Assembly: GCA_965204725.1 (NCBI GenBank)
Contig: OZ242005.1
Span: 2,272,001 to 2,336,000, forward strand
Direction of reading: 5' to 3'
DNA from: Candidatus Latescibacterota bacterium
Lineage (GTDB): Bacteria; Latescibacterota; UBA2968; UBA8231
Length of the DNA stretch: 64,000 nucleotides
In this document: positions 12,477 to 21,230 of the stretch, piece by piece
Position numbering within the stretch: the first letter of the stretch is position 1
Layout of the letters: every line of letters starts with the position of its first letter
Notes under the pieces: model-generated
What the model was told of the DNA's origin: nothing
What the model saw: the letters and a program-made list of their open reading frames with translations, nothing else
Databases searched by the model: none
Program-made: the position numbers and the translations under genes

Positions 12477-13364
12477 TTAGGGAGACTGCCCGTGGCGCGC
12501 TTTGAGTTGACCCCAAGAGGTAGGTTGAACCGAGGTGTTGCCGATGAGAATTTGTTTGTAGGACACCGATTCTCCTGAAATAATCGCCGAAATAGGAATA
12601 AGTTTGTTCCAAAAGAAAGGGGAGAGTTCTCTAAAGACGTCGCCGAAGCCTGTTACTAGGCCATAATCTTCGATATAGTAAGAAGGCCCATACCCTGCTC
12701 TAAAGCTAATATAAATCAGATCAGGCATTTTCTTATGAAAATTAATTGGGAAGGGGAATTCGGGAAAAGAGATGGAAAAATCAATACCTCTTTCCTCCAG
12801 AATACGCCTACGATTAATAGACAGCTTGGTAAATATGCCTTCTCGAATTGGATATGCTGGAATTAAATATTCACTAGGACGCTGAGGGTTGAAGCCGTAT
12901 AACGGGACATCCTGCCCGTTCCAGCGAAATAGCAAGACGCCCTCGTCCGATAAGCGCACTTTCTGGCCGGCCCAAAAGAGCTTAGGTAGAGGCGGCCAGT
13001 CATAATCGGCCCGGCTAAAGACAAAATACTCCGAGCCCTCAATCATTTCTGTATGAGTGATCTCAATGGTTAGCTCTCTATGATAGATCACGAGGAGGAA
13101 ATCGGGCGGGCTCTCAGGACTGTCGGATGGATAACCGGGTATCTCAAATAGCATTCGGACTTCCGGGTTCCAATAATCCCTCAACGACTCCCAATCCCTC
13201 ATCTGGTAATAGGTGTTAAAATAATAGTGCTCATAAGTCCACTGATTACCAACCTCCAACGGGACGAAGTCGGTTGGGGTTATCTCGCTCTCGGCAGTTT
13301 GGGCTTGCGCCGACGGCACCATCAGAGCGCACAGGATAAGCAGCATGAAGACGCGAAAAAGCAT
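12477..13364 (-). CDS. Secreted hypothetical protein with C-terminal TSVQPTSWGQLKARHGQ tail (paralog A)
   Basis: RBS GGAGG and a signal peptide ending SAQA. FVPLEVGNQWTY motif, lower GC, paralogous to 13482..14408. Confidence 0.75.
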   Translation of the reverse strand: MLFRVFMLLILCALMVPSAQAQTAESEITPTDFVPLEVGNQWTYEHYYFNTYYQMRDWESLRDYWNPEVRMLFEIPGYPSDSPESPPDFLLVIYHRELTIEITHTEMIEGSEYFVFSRADYDWPPLPKLFWAGQKVRLSDEGVLLFRWNGQDVPLYGFNPQRPSEYLIPAYPIREGIFTKLSINRRRILEERGIDFSISFPEFPFPINFHKKMPDLIYISFRAGYGPSYYIEDYGLVTGFGDVFRELSPFFWNKLIPISAIISGESVSYKQILIGNTSVQPTSWGQLKARHGQSP

Positions 13365-13481
13365 AATATCCTCCCTAAAGAGATTGTGTGCCGATGTCCT
13401 TTCCAATACCATAGATAAAGGAAAAGCGCGGCCAATGGTGGCATTCAGTCCCGTTCCTTAATTCAAAAGGAGTTTGGCCTT

Positions 13482-14408
13482 ATGGTAACTCAATTCCTCG
13501 TAGTCCCACTGGTGCTATGCACCCTGTTAGCCCCGTCCGCATACGCACAGGATGAAGCAGGCTTTAAGGGGAGCCCAACAGATTTTCTCCCGTTGCAGGT
13601 TGGTAATAAGTGGACCTATCGACATGATTACTATAACAGATTTTACGGTTTCTACGCCGACGGGTTCCCTTACGAATTCATTGATCCTGTGATCGAGCTA
13701 GGCCTGCGACTGACGATAGAGATACCAGGGTATCCTTTATTATTTCCCCCTCCAGATAATTTGATACTGCCACCTGAAAATCTCAGCACCATTTTCGATA
13801 GAGAGCTAACCCTTGAAATTACCCATACCGAGACGATTGAGGGCCATACATACTTTGTCTTTAGCAAACCAGAATACGATTGGCCACCTCTGCCCCCTTT
13901 CTTCTTGACCGGCCAGAAGGTGCGCTTCTCTGATGCAGGTGTTCTACTCATACGCCGGCAGAAAAAAGACATCCCCCTATATGACTTTGCTCCGCCTTAT
14001 ATCTACAAGGAGTATACCACGCCACCATACCCTGTGCTATACGACGACGACCCACACGACCCGTCCTTGCTACCACTTGCAATTCGTCGTGGCTTTCTAG
14101 ACGCAAGATTGAGAAGCAATTGGCCTATGTTTTATCCCCCTCCATTAAGCTTCGGTCCGGCATTCGTCGCTCGTCTTGCTGTACGGGTAGCGAGAAAGGA
14201 TCATTTCGTTTCTTTTCTAGCAAACTATGGGCTCGCCCGATACGAAGTATGGGAACCAGGGTTTGACCGGGTTCGAGTCTTTGAGAATTCTCTTGAGCCT
14301 GTTTCGGCGATTATTGATGGCAAAGAGATCGCCTACCCCTATAATTTTTCTGGGACCAGTGTTCAGCCTACTTCTTGGGGCCAACTCAAAGCGCGTCACG
14401 GGCAATAG
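13482..14408 (+). CDS. Secreted hypothetical protein with C-terminal TSVQPTSWGQLKARHGQ tail (paralog B)
   Basis: RBS AAGGAG and a signal peptide ending SAYA. FLPLQVGNKWTY motif. Shares the RELTxEITHTE..IEG..YFVFS..YDWPPLP..F..GQKVR.SD.GVLL block with paralog A. Confidence 0.75.
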   Translation: MVTQFLVVPLVLCTLLAPSAYAQDEAGFKGSPTDFLPLQVGNKWTYRHDYYNRFYGFYADGFPYEFIDPVIELGLRLTIEIPGYPLLFPPPDNLILPPENLSTIFDRELTLEITHTETIEGHTYFVFSKPEYDWPPLPPFFLTGQKVRFSDAGVLLIRRQKKDIPLYDFAPPYIYKEYTTPPYPVLYDDDPHDPSLLPLAIRRGFLDARLRSNWPMFYPPPLSFGPAFVARLAVRVARKDHFVSFLANYGLARYEVWEPGFDRVRVFENSLEPVSAIIDGKEIAYPYNFSGTSVQPTSWGQLKARHGQ

Positions 14409-14704
14409 CCATAGGTGCTCGTCAGCAAGTAAATCGATTCGTGTTGACGATGCGGGCGTCGGCAACGGCCCTCGGGCATGGCATTTTTCTTTTGCCAAAT
14501 CACTTCGCCCCGCAACAAGTAGCCGGCATCGCAAAGAGAGATAATAAGACGGTATGGGAGTGCCAAAAGATTGCCATACTGAAGCCACGTTTTTTGTAAG
14601 CCCCAATGGGAGTAGGAACCACGCCGATGGAGGGATTACACGTATCGGATCGTTCCCTCAACCCTGTCTTTTTGAACTTATAGACGGTATGTTACGAGTC
14701 AAGA

Positions 14705-15325
14705 ATGCAGCCCCATGCCAAAGCTAAAGGGCCGCCCCGCCTCATCGGCTTGGCCGGACCATCCGGTGCCGGTAAAACCACGCTCGCTCGCGCACTCCAG
14801 ACCCACCTGCCCGGCCCGGCCACCGTGCTTTCCCTAGATGCGTACTACCGCGACTTGGCCGCCCTCTCCGCAGCCGCAAGGACCCGCGTCAATTTCGACG
14901 CCCCCGAGGCCATAGACCATTCGCGCCTCGCCGCTGATCTGCGCGAGCTCGCCACCGGCCACCGCGTCGAAATCCCGGTGTACGACTTTGCCACCCACAC
15001 GCGCCAAGCACACCAACAAAGCCTCACCCCGGCCGCCGTCCTGCTCGTCGAGGGCCTCTTTGCGCTCTATTGGCCCGCCATCAACGCCCTCTACCACTTG
15101 CGCCTCTTCGTCACGGCCACCGACGCGCTCTGCTTGGAGCGTCGCCTCGCCCGCGACCGCATTGAGCGCGGCCGTTCCCTCGCCTCAATTCGCGCCCAGT
15201 ACCAAGAGCAGGTCCGCCCAATGTACCACCGCCACATCCAGCCCACCGCCCGCTATGCCGACCTGATCCTCGACGGCAGCACACCCGTCGAAAAACAGGT
15301 CGCCGCCGTCCTAGACGCTTTGTAG
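14705..15325 (+). CDS. udk: Uridine kinase
   Basis: IGLAGPSGAGKTT P-loop, DAYY, NFDAPEA, IPVYDFATHTR, RRLARD..ERGR, IQPT..YADLI. Confidence 0.88.
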   Translation: MQPHAKAKGPPRLIGLAGPSGAGKTTLARALQTHLPGPATVLSLDAYYRDLAALSAAARTRVNFDAPEAIDHSRLAADLRELATGHRVEIPVYDFATHTRQAHQQSLTPAAVLLVEGLFALYWPAINALYHLRLFVTATDALCLERRLARDRIERGRSLASIRAQYQEQVRPMYHRHIQPTARYADLILDGSTPVEKQVAAVLDAL

Positions 15326-15354
15326 GGGCAACTCTGGTGTTTCCGCTACGTCCG

Positions 15355-15401
15355 GGATCGAGGGCGTCCCGCCCTCGACGAGGGCAAGATGCCCTCGATC
15401 C
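15355..15401. repeat. REP-like inverted doublet
   Basis: GGATCGAGGGCGTCCCGCCCTCG followed by CGAGGGCAAGATGCCCTCGATCC. Each unit is palindromic and the two are mutually inverted, between convergent genes. Confidence 0.65.
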
Positions 15402-15467
15402 TTAGAAAGTTGGCGGCTAGTGGCGTGTAGTAAAGCTACGGGTTAAGAGACAGCGAGCAGGTTGGCG

Positions 15468-15490
15468 GATTTACGATTGAATCGTAAATC
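15468..15490. repeat. Perfect 11-bp inverted repeat
   Basis: GATTTACGATT-G-AATCGTAAATC in the convergent intergenic region. Confidence 0.6.
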
Positions 15491-15527
15491 TGTCAAAAAA
15501 AGCGGCTGATTTGTCAGATGGCGTTCC

Positions 15528-17465
15528 CTAAAACGGTCCGGCGTGGTGCGAAGGCTCGTTGACGTAGCGCTCGGTCTCTAGGTCGAGGGTGATTTCGCAA
15601 TGAGGCGGTAAGGCGACGGTCAGGTGCTTGTCATCGACGGCCATTTGACGCTCCTCGGTCTCCAAGGGCGGCGCCGCGTACGTGCCGGCATAGCCGCCCA
15701 GCCAGCCCGGGTACTCGCTGGTGCGGCTGTGGTACGCAACCCGGCCAAAGCGGTGCTCGCCAAAGGCCCCGCCCTGAATGACCAGTTTTCTGTGCTCATG
15801 GTGGTGCAAATTGACCAAGCGCACGACCGTGCGGTTCGCTGCGAGCTTTTCCACCAAGGCACCGACGTCTTCGGGTAGGCCGGGACGGCGGCGCTCGGCG
15901 TCAAAATAGCGCAGGCGGGTGTGCAGCAGGCCGCCGTTGTAGATGGGTTGGGGGCCGCCCATCGTCAGTTGGATGAGCGCTTCGGAGGAGACGGGATTGC
16001 CCCATTGCCAGTGGTGGACGTGATGGCGAGTGCCCACGTCTTGGTCGGCGCGCAGTTGGGCCGAGCGGCGGCCAGCCACTTGGTAGGTGGCCTGCAACAT
16101 CTGCTCTGGATAGGTCGGGTTGGCCCCGGCCAAAAAGCGCACCCAAGGGGCCTCGTGGCCCGAGTCCTCTTTGTTGTGGAAGGGGAACACCGCCGCCCAG
16201 TCGAACGCTTCTTTCTGCCGAATGGCCTCCACGCGCTCCCAGTCGCTGTCGTCCATGGACAGGTTCCACAGGGTCACCGGGTACACCGGACTCATGGGCT
16301 GCCAGTCGAACCAACCGGCGTCGCCGTAGCGGTAGGGCACCAGCAAGGTTTCGCGCTGCTCGCCCATGGCGGCAAATTGGCTCGCCCAGCGCTCGGCCAC
16401 GCTCATGTACTGATCGCGAATATCCTCCATGCGCCCTTGTTCCAAGATGCGGTCCATCTGCTGGCGCGGCAGGTCGAGATAGGCGCGGTCGCGGGTTAGC
16501 AGGTAGGCGTTGGCCGCCGCGTCGAGCGTGGCCTTCTGCAACGTCAAGAAGCCGTGCGGAAAGGTCCAGCCGTAGCGGCCCCCGTACCAATTGCCCGCGC
16601 AGTATTCGCCCACTTGGCCCGACAGGCCGACGTTGTCGGGCAACAGGCCGCCGTTGGCTCGGGCGCGCTCCACCCAAGCGTCGGTATATTCCACGACCCA
16701 AGCGCGGTATTTTTCGTCGCCCGTGATCAGGAAGGCATTGGTAGCCAGCGAGGTGACGGCTAGGTTGGTCGGGGTGTCGCCCTGACGCCAGCGGTCAAAC
16801 AGGGTTTGCCCCATCAGCCGGGCTTTGGCCGGGTCGGCCAAGTCCTGCACACAGGTAATGCCGGGCAAGTCAAAAAAGGGCAGGTCGTACACTTCCATGC
16901 TGCCGCCCAAGGGGTTGTAGCTTTGTTGGTCGCGCTCGGCGAGCGGGGCGAAATAGGGGCCGTGGCTGCCGTTGAGGCCCGAGCGCAGGATTTTGTGCTC
17001 GGGGTCGTAGTTTTGCGCGTCGGGGTCTTCGTTGAGGTAAAAGCCGGCAAAGCGGCAGGCCCGTTCAACGCGCCGCGGGGCGTTGGGATGGGCCAAGCAC
17101 AAGTGATAAAAGCAGACGTCGCTTTCGGCTTGGTGCATCTGGTCTTCGCGGATGCCGTATTCCTTGCTGACCGTGCCCAAGCGGGTCAGTTGGCGGGTGA
17201 TGGCCTCCCACTGGCGGTCGGCCAAGTGCAACAGGTGCTCGCTGCCGCCCATCAGATAAACGAGCGGCCAGTTAAAAAAAGGCTCGTAGAAATCGTCCGG
17301 GCTGCCGCCACCCCACTCGTCCTGCCAGATGAATTCGCCGTCCTCGCGGGTGAAGTGGTCGAGGAAGGGCTGCACCGATTGGTCGAACGAGTCGAAGAGG
17401 CGACGCTGCCACACGGCCCAGTGGGCTGGCGCGTTGAGCGGGATATTGGCGGTCAGGCTTTGCAT
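15528..17465 (-). CDS. Conserved hypothetical protein, possibly an (alpha/alpha)-barrel carbohydrate-active enzyme
   Basis: Long ORF with host-like codon usage and RBS AGGAG before ATG 17465. W/Y/D/H-rich motifs (DDFYEPFFNWP, WYGGRYGWTFPHG). Function not assignable. Confidence 0.7.
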   Translation of the reverse strand: MQSLTANIPLNAPAHWAVWQRRLFDSFDQSVQPFLDHFTREDGEFIWQDEWGGGSPDDFYEPFFNWPLVYLMGGSEHLLHLADRQWEAITRQLTRLGTVSKEYGIREDQMHQAESDVCFYHLCLAHPNAPRRVERACRFAGFYLNEDPDAQNYDPEHKILRSGLNGSHGPYFAPLAERDQQSYNPLGGSMEVYDLPFFDLPGITCVQDLADPAKARLMGQTLFDRWRQGDTPTNLAVTSLATNAFLITGDEKYRAWVVEYTDAWVERARANGGLLPDNVGLSGQVGEYCAGNWYGGRYGWTFPHGFLTLQKATLDAAANAYLLTRDRAYLDLPRQQMDRILEQGRMEDIRDQYMSVAERWASQFAAMGEQRETLLVPYRYGDAGWFDWQPMSPVYPVTLWNLSMDDSDWERVEAIRQKEAFDWAAVFPFHNKEDSGHEAPWVRFLAGANPTYPEQMLQATYQVAGRRSAQLRADQDVGTRHHVHHWQWGNPVSSEALIQLTMGGPQPIYNGGLLHTRLRYFDAERRRPGLPEDVGALVEKLAANRTVVRLVNLHHHEHRKLVIQGGAFGEHRFGRVAYHSRTSEYPGWLGGYAGTYAAPPLETEERQMAVDDKHLTVALPPHCEITLDLETERYVNEPSHHAGPF

Positions 17466-17649
17466 GGGGTACTCCTGAGAGGTTTGGGTAGCCAAGGGTT
17501 GCGCGGATGAGTTTAGCGGGAGAAGGCACCTGTGTAAAGCCGCTTGACAGGCGGGGGCGGGCCGGTTTATTTGCGCTTGAGCGCAGGTACTCCAGGCTTA
17601 AACGGCTGGTTGGCACTTATGAGGGGGCACCTCAAGGAAGGATAGAGGG

Positions 17650-19935
17650 ATGAATAAGCTCTTAGTTGTTCTGGCCATGGGACTGACATTTGGCGAATTG
17701 GACAAGGCCCAAGCCATCGAGGGATCCAATCTGTTCTTCCCCGCCCACAAAGACAATATCTGGCTGTACTGGATAGACTACAACGACTACCCCTTTAATA
17801 CGACTGGTTGGACTGCTCTATCCATTGTGCCCGAGGAAATCGATTCAGATGACCATGCGTATTTCCGGTACGACCTTCTGTTTCCTTCCGGCCCATATAG
17901 AGTCTCTGAGAACGGGAATCTATGGTTGAGAATTGACCGGGAACACTTCATTGACTACTTGCTCGAACTATTCGAGAACAACCAATCAATCACCGATTAT
18001 TTGATTGCCAATCGGGAAACCGACTTGATTCCCAATGAAGTACTATTGTATGACTTTTCCAAAGAAACCGAATCCGATCTGTGGTCTCGTGAGTTTTATG
18101 ACGTTTACGATGAAACTCAGACCTTAGAAGTCCCCTCGGAGACATTGACAAACAATCTGCTCTGGTTTGTTGTGAGTTATTACTTCGATGAAGGATACCT
18201 ATATAACGAGATTTCAGACGATAAAGAATGGCAGTATTTTGTATTTTATAGAGGTCAAATCACATTTCAGCGAGGAGTCGGTGTCTCGGAGAGACGCATC
18301 ATTTGTCCAAACTGTGGGTCAGGGGGAATAGGGCCTAGTTACAGTCTTATGTGGGCAAGGGTCAATGGGAATGAAGTTGGGACCCATCCCGGAGCAGGCT
18401 ATCCCGGATACCGCGTAGTTCCCGGTTCTGTCACGATCCCCGACTCGACGCACGTCTCCCGAACGGAAGTGGAAGCCACCATTCGGGGCAGTGCGGTCGA
18501 GGGCCTGACCGTCGAGTTCGCCCGCGTCGTCCCCGGACGCTCGCTCCACTACGCTTGGAGAGCGACTACCGACGAATTCGGCCGACTGGCCCTGACCATC
18601 AGCAGCCCTGACCCAGACGGGGTGAGCGGTTCCTTTCGGGTCCGCGCAAGCACCAAGGCGGGGACAGAGGTCGGCCAGTGGGACGGTATCCGCCTCGACA
18701 GCGGCCAGCGCCAGATTCTGGCATTGCCCCTTGGCGGCGGCGTGGAAGTAGTTGCCCGCTATGCTTCAGGACCGGATTTGTGCGCCAACGGTATAGTCGT
18801 GCCGGATCCGTGGTATAATCGCGGTCTGGTGGAGGATTGCAACGTACTTCTGACCATAAAGGACAGGCTGGCCGGGGACGCCCATTTGAATTGGAGCCCG
18901 GACCTATTGATCGGTCGGTGGGATGGTATCACTGCCAGGAACTCTCGTCTCACTAAGCTTGATCTCGGAAACAAGAACATGACGGGGTCGATTCCGCCCG
19001 AACTGGTCCAGCTAACCCAACTGACGTCGTTGGACCTAGGGGGCAACAGGTTGACCGGACCGATCCCACACGAACTAGGTCAACTGACCCAACTGACGTC
19101 GTTATACCTATCGAACAGCGGGTTGACCGGACCGATCCCACCCGAATTAGGCCAGCTAACCCAACTAGAGGTGTTATGGATCGGCTTGAACAGCGGGTTG
19201 ACCGGACCGATCCCACACGAACTGGGCAAACTGACCAAGCTGAGAGACCTTCGCCTCTCCAACAACGGGTTGACCGGACCGATCCCACACGAATTAGGCA
19301 AACTGACCCAACTGACGTTGTTGGACCTATGGGGCAACGGGTTGACCGGACCGATCCCACACGAACTGGGCAAACTGACCAAGCTGAGATACCTTGACCT
19401 CGCCAACAACGGGTTGACCGGACCGATCCCACACGAATTAGGCAAACTGACCAAGCTGAGATACCTTGACCTCGCCAACAACGGGTTGACCGGACCGATC
19501 CCACACGAATTAGGCAAACTGACCAAGCTGAGATACCTTGACCTCGCCAACAATGAGTGGACCGGATGCGTCCCGAAGGCGTTGGCTAGGTGGGTCGATT
19601 TTCTGCCAGTCTGTACTGATACCACAGTGGAGGCCGCCGTCGCGGACGATTTGCCGGCCGCCAGCGGCCTAGACCCCAATCATCCCAATCCATTCAACGG
19701 TTCCACCCAAATCTCCTACCGCCTAGCCGCCCCCGGCCCGGTGCGGCTGGCGATCTACAATGTCTTGGGCCAGCCGGTACGCACCCTAGTAGATGAGTCC
19801 CAGACCGCCGGTTTCTACCAAGTCTCTTGGGATGCCCGCGACCATCGAGGCTCAACAGTGGCCGCGGGCGTATATCTCATGCGACTGCACTACCCCGACG
19901 GAGTACGGACCCGACGACTGCTTTACCTCAAGTGA
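17650..19935 (+). CDS. Secreted leucine-rich-repeat protein with C-terminal FlgD-Ig/T9SS-like domain
   Basis: Signal peptide, low-GC N-terminal domain, Cys cap (C.NG..VP...LVEDC..LL), about 9 LRRs (LTKLRYLDLANNGLTGPIPHELGK), C-terminal NHPNPFN...IYNVLGQPVRTLV...WDARD...AAGVY. Confidence 0.9.
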   Translation: MNKLLVVLAMGLTFGELDKAQAIEGSNLFFPAHKDNIWLYWIDYNDYPFNTTGWTALSIVPEEIDSDDHAYFRYDLLFPSGPYRVSENGNLWLRIDREHFIDYLLELFENNQSITDYLIANRETDLIPNEVLLYDFSKETESDLWSREFYDVYDETQTLEVPSETLTNNLLWFVVSYYFDEGYLYNEISDDKEWQYFVFYRGQITFQRGVGVSERRIICPNCGSGGIGPSYSLMWARVNGNEVGTHPGAGYPGYRVVPGSVTIPDSTHVSRTEVEATIRGSAVEGLTVEFARVVPGRSLHYAWRATTDEFGRLALTISSPDPDGVSGSFRVRASTKAGTEVGQWDGIRLDSGQRQILALPLGGGVEVVARYASGPDLCANGIVVPDPWYNRGLVEDCNVLLTIKDRLAGDAHLNWSPDLLIGRWDGITARNSRLTKLDLGNKNMTGSIPPELVQLTQLTSLDLGGNRLTGPIPHELGQLTQLTSLYLSNSGLTGPIPPELGQLTQLEVLWIGLNSGLTGPIPHELGKLTKLRDLRLSNNGLTGPIPHELGKLTQLTLLDLWGNGLTGPIPHELGKLTKLRYLDLANNGLTGPIPHELGKLTKLRYLDLANNGLTGPIPHELGKLTKLRYLDLANNEWTGCVPKALARWVDFLPVCTDTTVEAAVADDLPAASGLDPNHPNPFNGSTQISYRLAAPGPVRLAIYNVLGQPVRTLVDESQTAGFYQVSWDARDHRGSTVAAGVYLMRLHYPDGVRTRRLLYLK
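18949..19584 (+). repeat. Tandem 72-bp coding repeats (24-aa plant-type LRR)
   Basis: Recurring GGTTGACCGGACCGATCCCAC core at about 72-bp period (one 75-bp unit). The last three units are nearly identical in DNA. Confidence 0.92.
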
Positions 19936-20051
19936 AGGCGAGAAAATCCCTTCGCAGCTCAGCCTTGTCGGCAACTTCGGCGACCTAACTGATCCCGCTA
20001 CGGCTCAGTAAACACACGTACTAAAACAACTGTTCTAGAAGGGGATACGCC

Positions 20052-20516
20052 ATGCGCGGTCATATCCAGTTCTTGATCTGGGGCTTGGTCCTGTTCGGGA
20101 TGGCCCGTTGCACACCCGCCCTGCCCCCAAGACCGCTACACATCCAAATCACCGGGGAAGAGTACACTTGGCAATTCCGCTACTCAGGCCCCGACGGCGC
20201 ATTGCAGACCGACGACGATATAATCAAGCCGGGTAAGGAATTGCACCTGCCGCTCGGCCGAGCGGTTGAACTCGAACTGACCAGTCGGGATTACATCTAC
20301 ACTTTCGCCCTGCCCCATCTCGACCTCCATCAGGTAGCCGTGCCCGATTTGACCTTTGCGCTGGCCTTTACCCCACAGGCAACCGGCGCATTCGCCTTTG
20401 TCGGCGACCAAATGTGCGGCTTTGAACACGAGTCGCTCAACGGCCGCGTGGTAATCGAATCGCCAGCGACCTTCGTTGATTGGCTGATTACCGCATCGCC
20501 GAGCGCATCCGAGTGA
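20052..20516 (+). CDS. Cytochrome c oxidase subunit II-like cupredoxin lipoprotein with a degenerate CuA site
   Basis: Lipobox-like GMARC, YTWQFRYSGPDG, LHLP.GR.VEL.LTSRD, QMCGFEH. No other cox genes nearby. Confidence 0.7.
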   Translation: MRGHIQFLIWGLVLFGMARCTPALPPRPLHIQITGEEYTWQFRYSGPDGALQTDDDIIKPGKELHLPLGRAVELELTSRDYIYTFALPHLDLHQVAVPDLTFALAFTPQATGAFAFVGDQMCGFEHESLNGRVVIESPATFVDWLITASPSASE

Positions 20517-20590
20517 AGGGAAAGTTTCAAGGCCGCCGCAGCGCGAGCGCGTCAATGAGCCGTCGCGCATGAGGAGAAGATTCCATCACC

Positions 20591-21229
20591 TTACTTGGGT
20601 CCACTTGGGAAGAACAACCGATTCAACCAAGCAACGAGAACATCTACCTCTGGAACATTGGGATCGAGAAAGCGGGCGGTGATGGCCGTTCCGAAGGGCC
20701 GTCCCGGCTCTTCCTGCCAAGCAAGCCAAGTGTGGATGAGCACCTTTGGCTCGTCTAGCGGTTTGAAACGCCGCTCGCCTTCAGGAATAGCTGCGACACT
20801 ATCTCTCACATGGTCAAAAAGGATAGTAGGTTGCGGAACGAGGAAGCCCAAGAAATCCTCCAAAATGCCGCTTGTCTGGTTATTCGGCATAATCCAGACG
20901 CCCAATCGCGGTAGAAGGGTTCCGGCCGGCGGATCGAGGATCGTTCCGGCCGGGTCTGGTTGATTGGGCACATCTTGGTATCCGACCTCGGTGATTCGAT
21001 TTTGGATCGACTGCCAACGGTTACTTATCTCCGTATCGGCGTCAATGACCACCCCAATAACGTCGCCCTCCTCGCGTAATGTGAGCCGAACTGCAAGGCT
21101 CTCAATGAGTTTGTCGGCCCCATCGCTTTTCGCTATGTCGAGGTGAGGAATGCCTCGATTCCCGCAGATATGCTTCAGGACGTGCTCGTCGTCAGTGCCC
21201 TCCACCAAGAGGATTTTCCCATTTTCCAT
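20591..21229 (-). CDS. DUF3226-family TOPRIM-like protein
   Basis: KILLVEGTDDEHV, GVVIDAD, GVWIMPNN...GILEDFL, KVLIHTWLAWQEEPG.PFG. Starts 1 nt after the ATPase stop. Confidence 0.78.
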   Translation of the reverse strand: MENGKILLVEGTDDEHVLKHICGNRGIPHLDIAKSDGADKLIESLAVRLTLREEGDVIGVVIDADTEISNRWQSIQNRITEVGYQDVPNQPDPAGTILDPPAGTLLPRLGVWIMPNNQTSGILEDFLGFLVPQPTILFDHVRDSVAAIPEGERRFKPLDEPKVLIHTWLAWQEEPGRPFGTAITARFLDPNVPEVDVLVAWLNRLFFPSGPK

Positions 21230-21230
21230 A

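Noticed and set aside
12477-14408. Invertible (phase-variable) cassette or diversity-generating retroelement
   Set aside because: The inverted homology is only diverged coding paralogy. There is no recombinase, reverse transcriptase or adenine-specific template/variable repeat pair in the window.
14409-14704. Possible sigma54 promoter (minus-strand TGGCAATCTTTTGGCA, 14561-14576) or ncRNA in a 300-bp gap
   Set aside because: The motif points antisense into the end of a + strand gene with no credible downstream ORF, and no recognisable RNA family was seen.
18953-19679. Regular 72-bp repeats as a CRISPR array, and repetitive antisense ORFs
   Set aside because: The repeats are in-frame LRR codons within a long ORF, the 'spacers' are homologous to each other, and no cas genes are present. 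The antisense ORFs are shadows.
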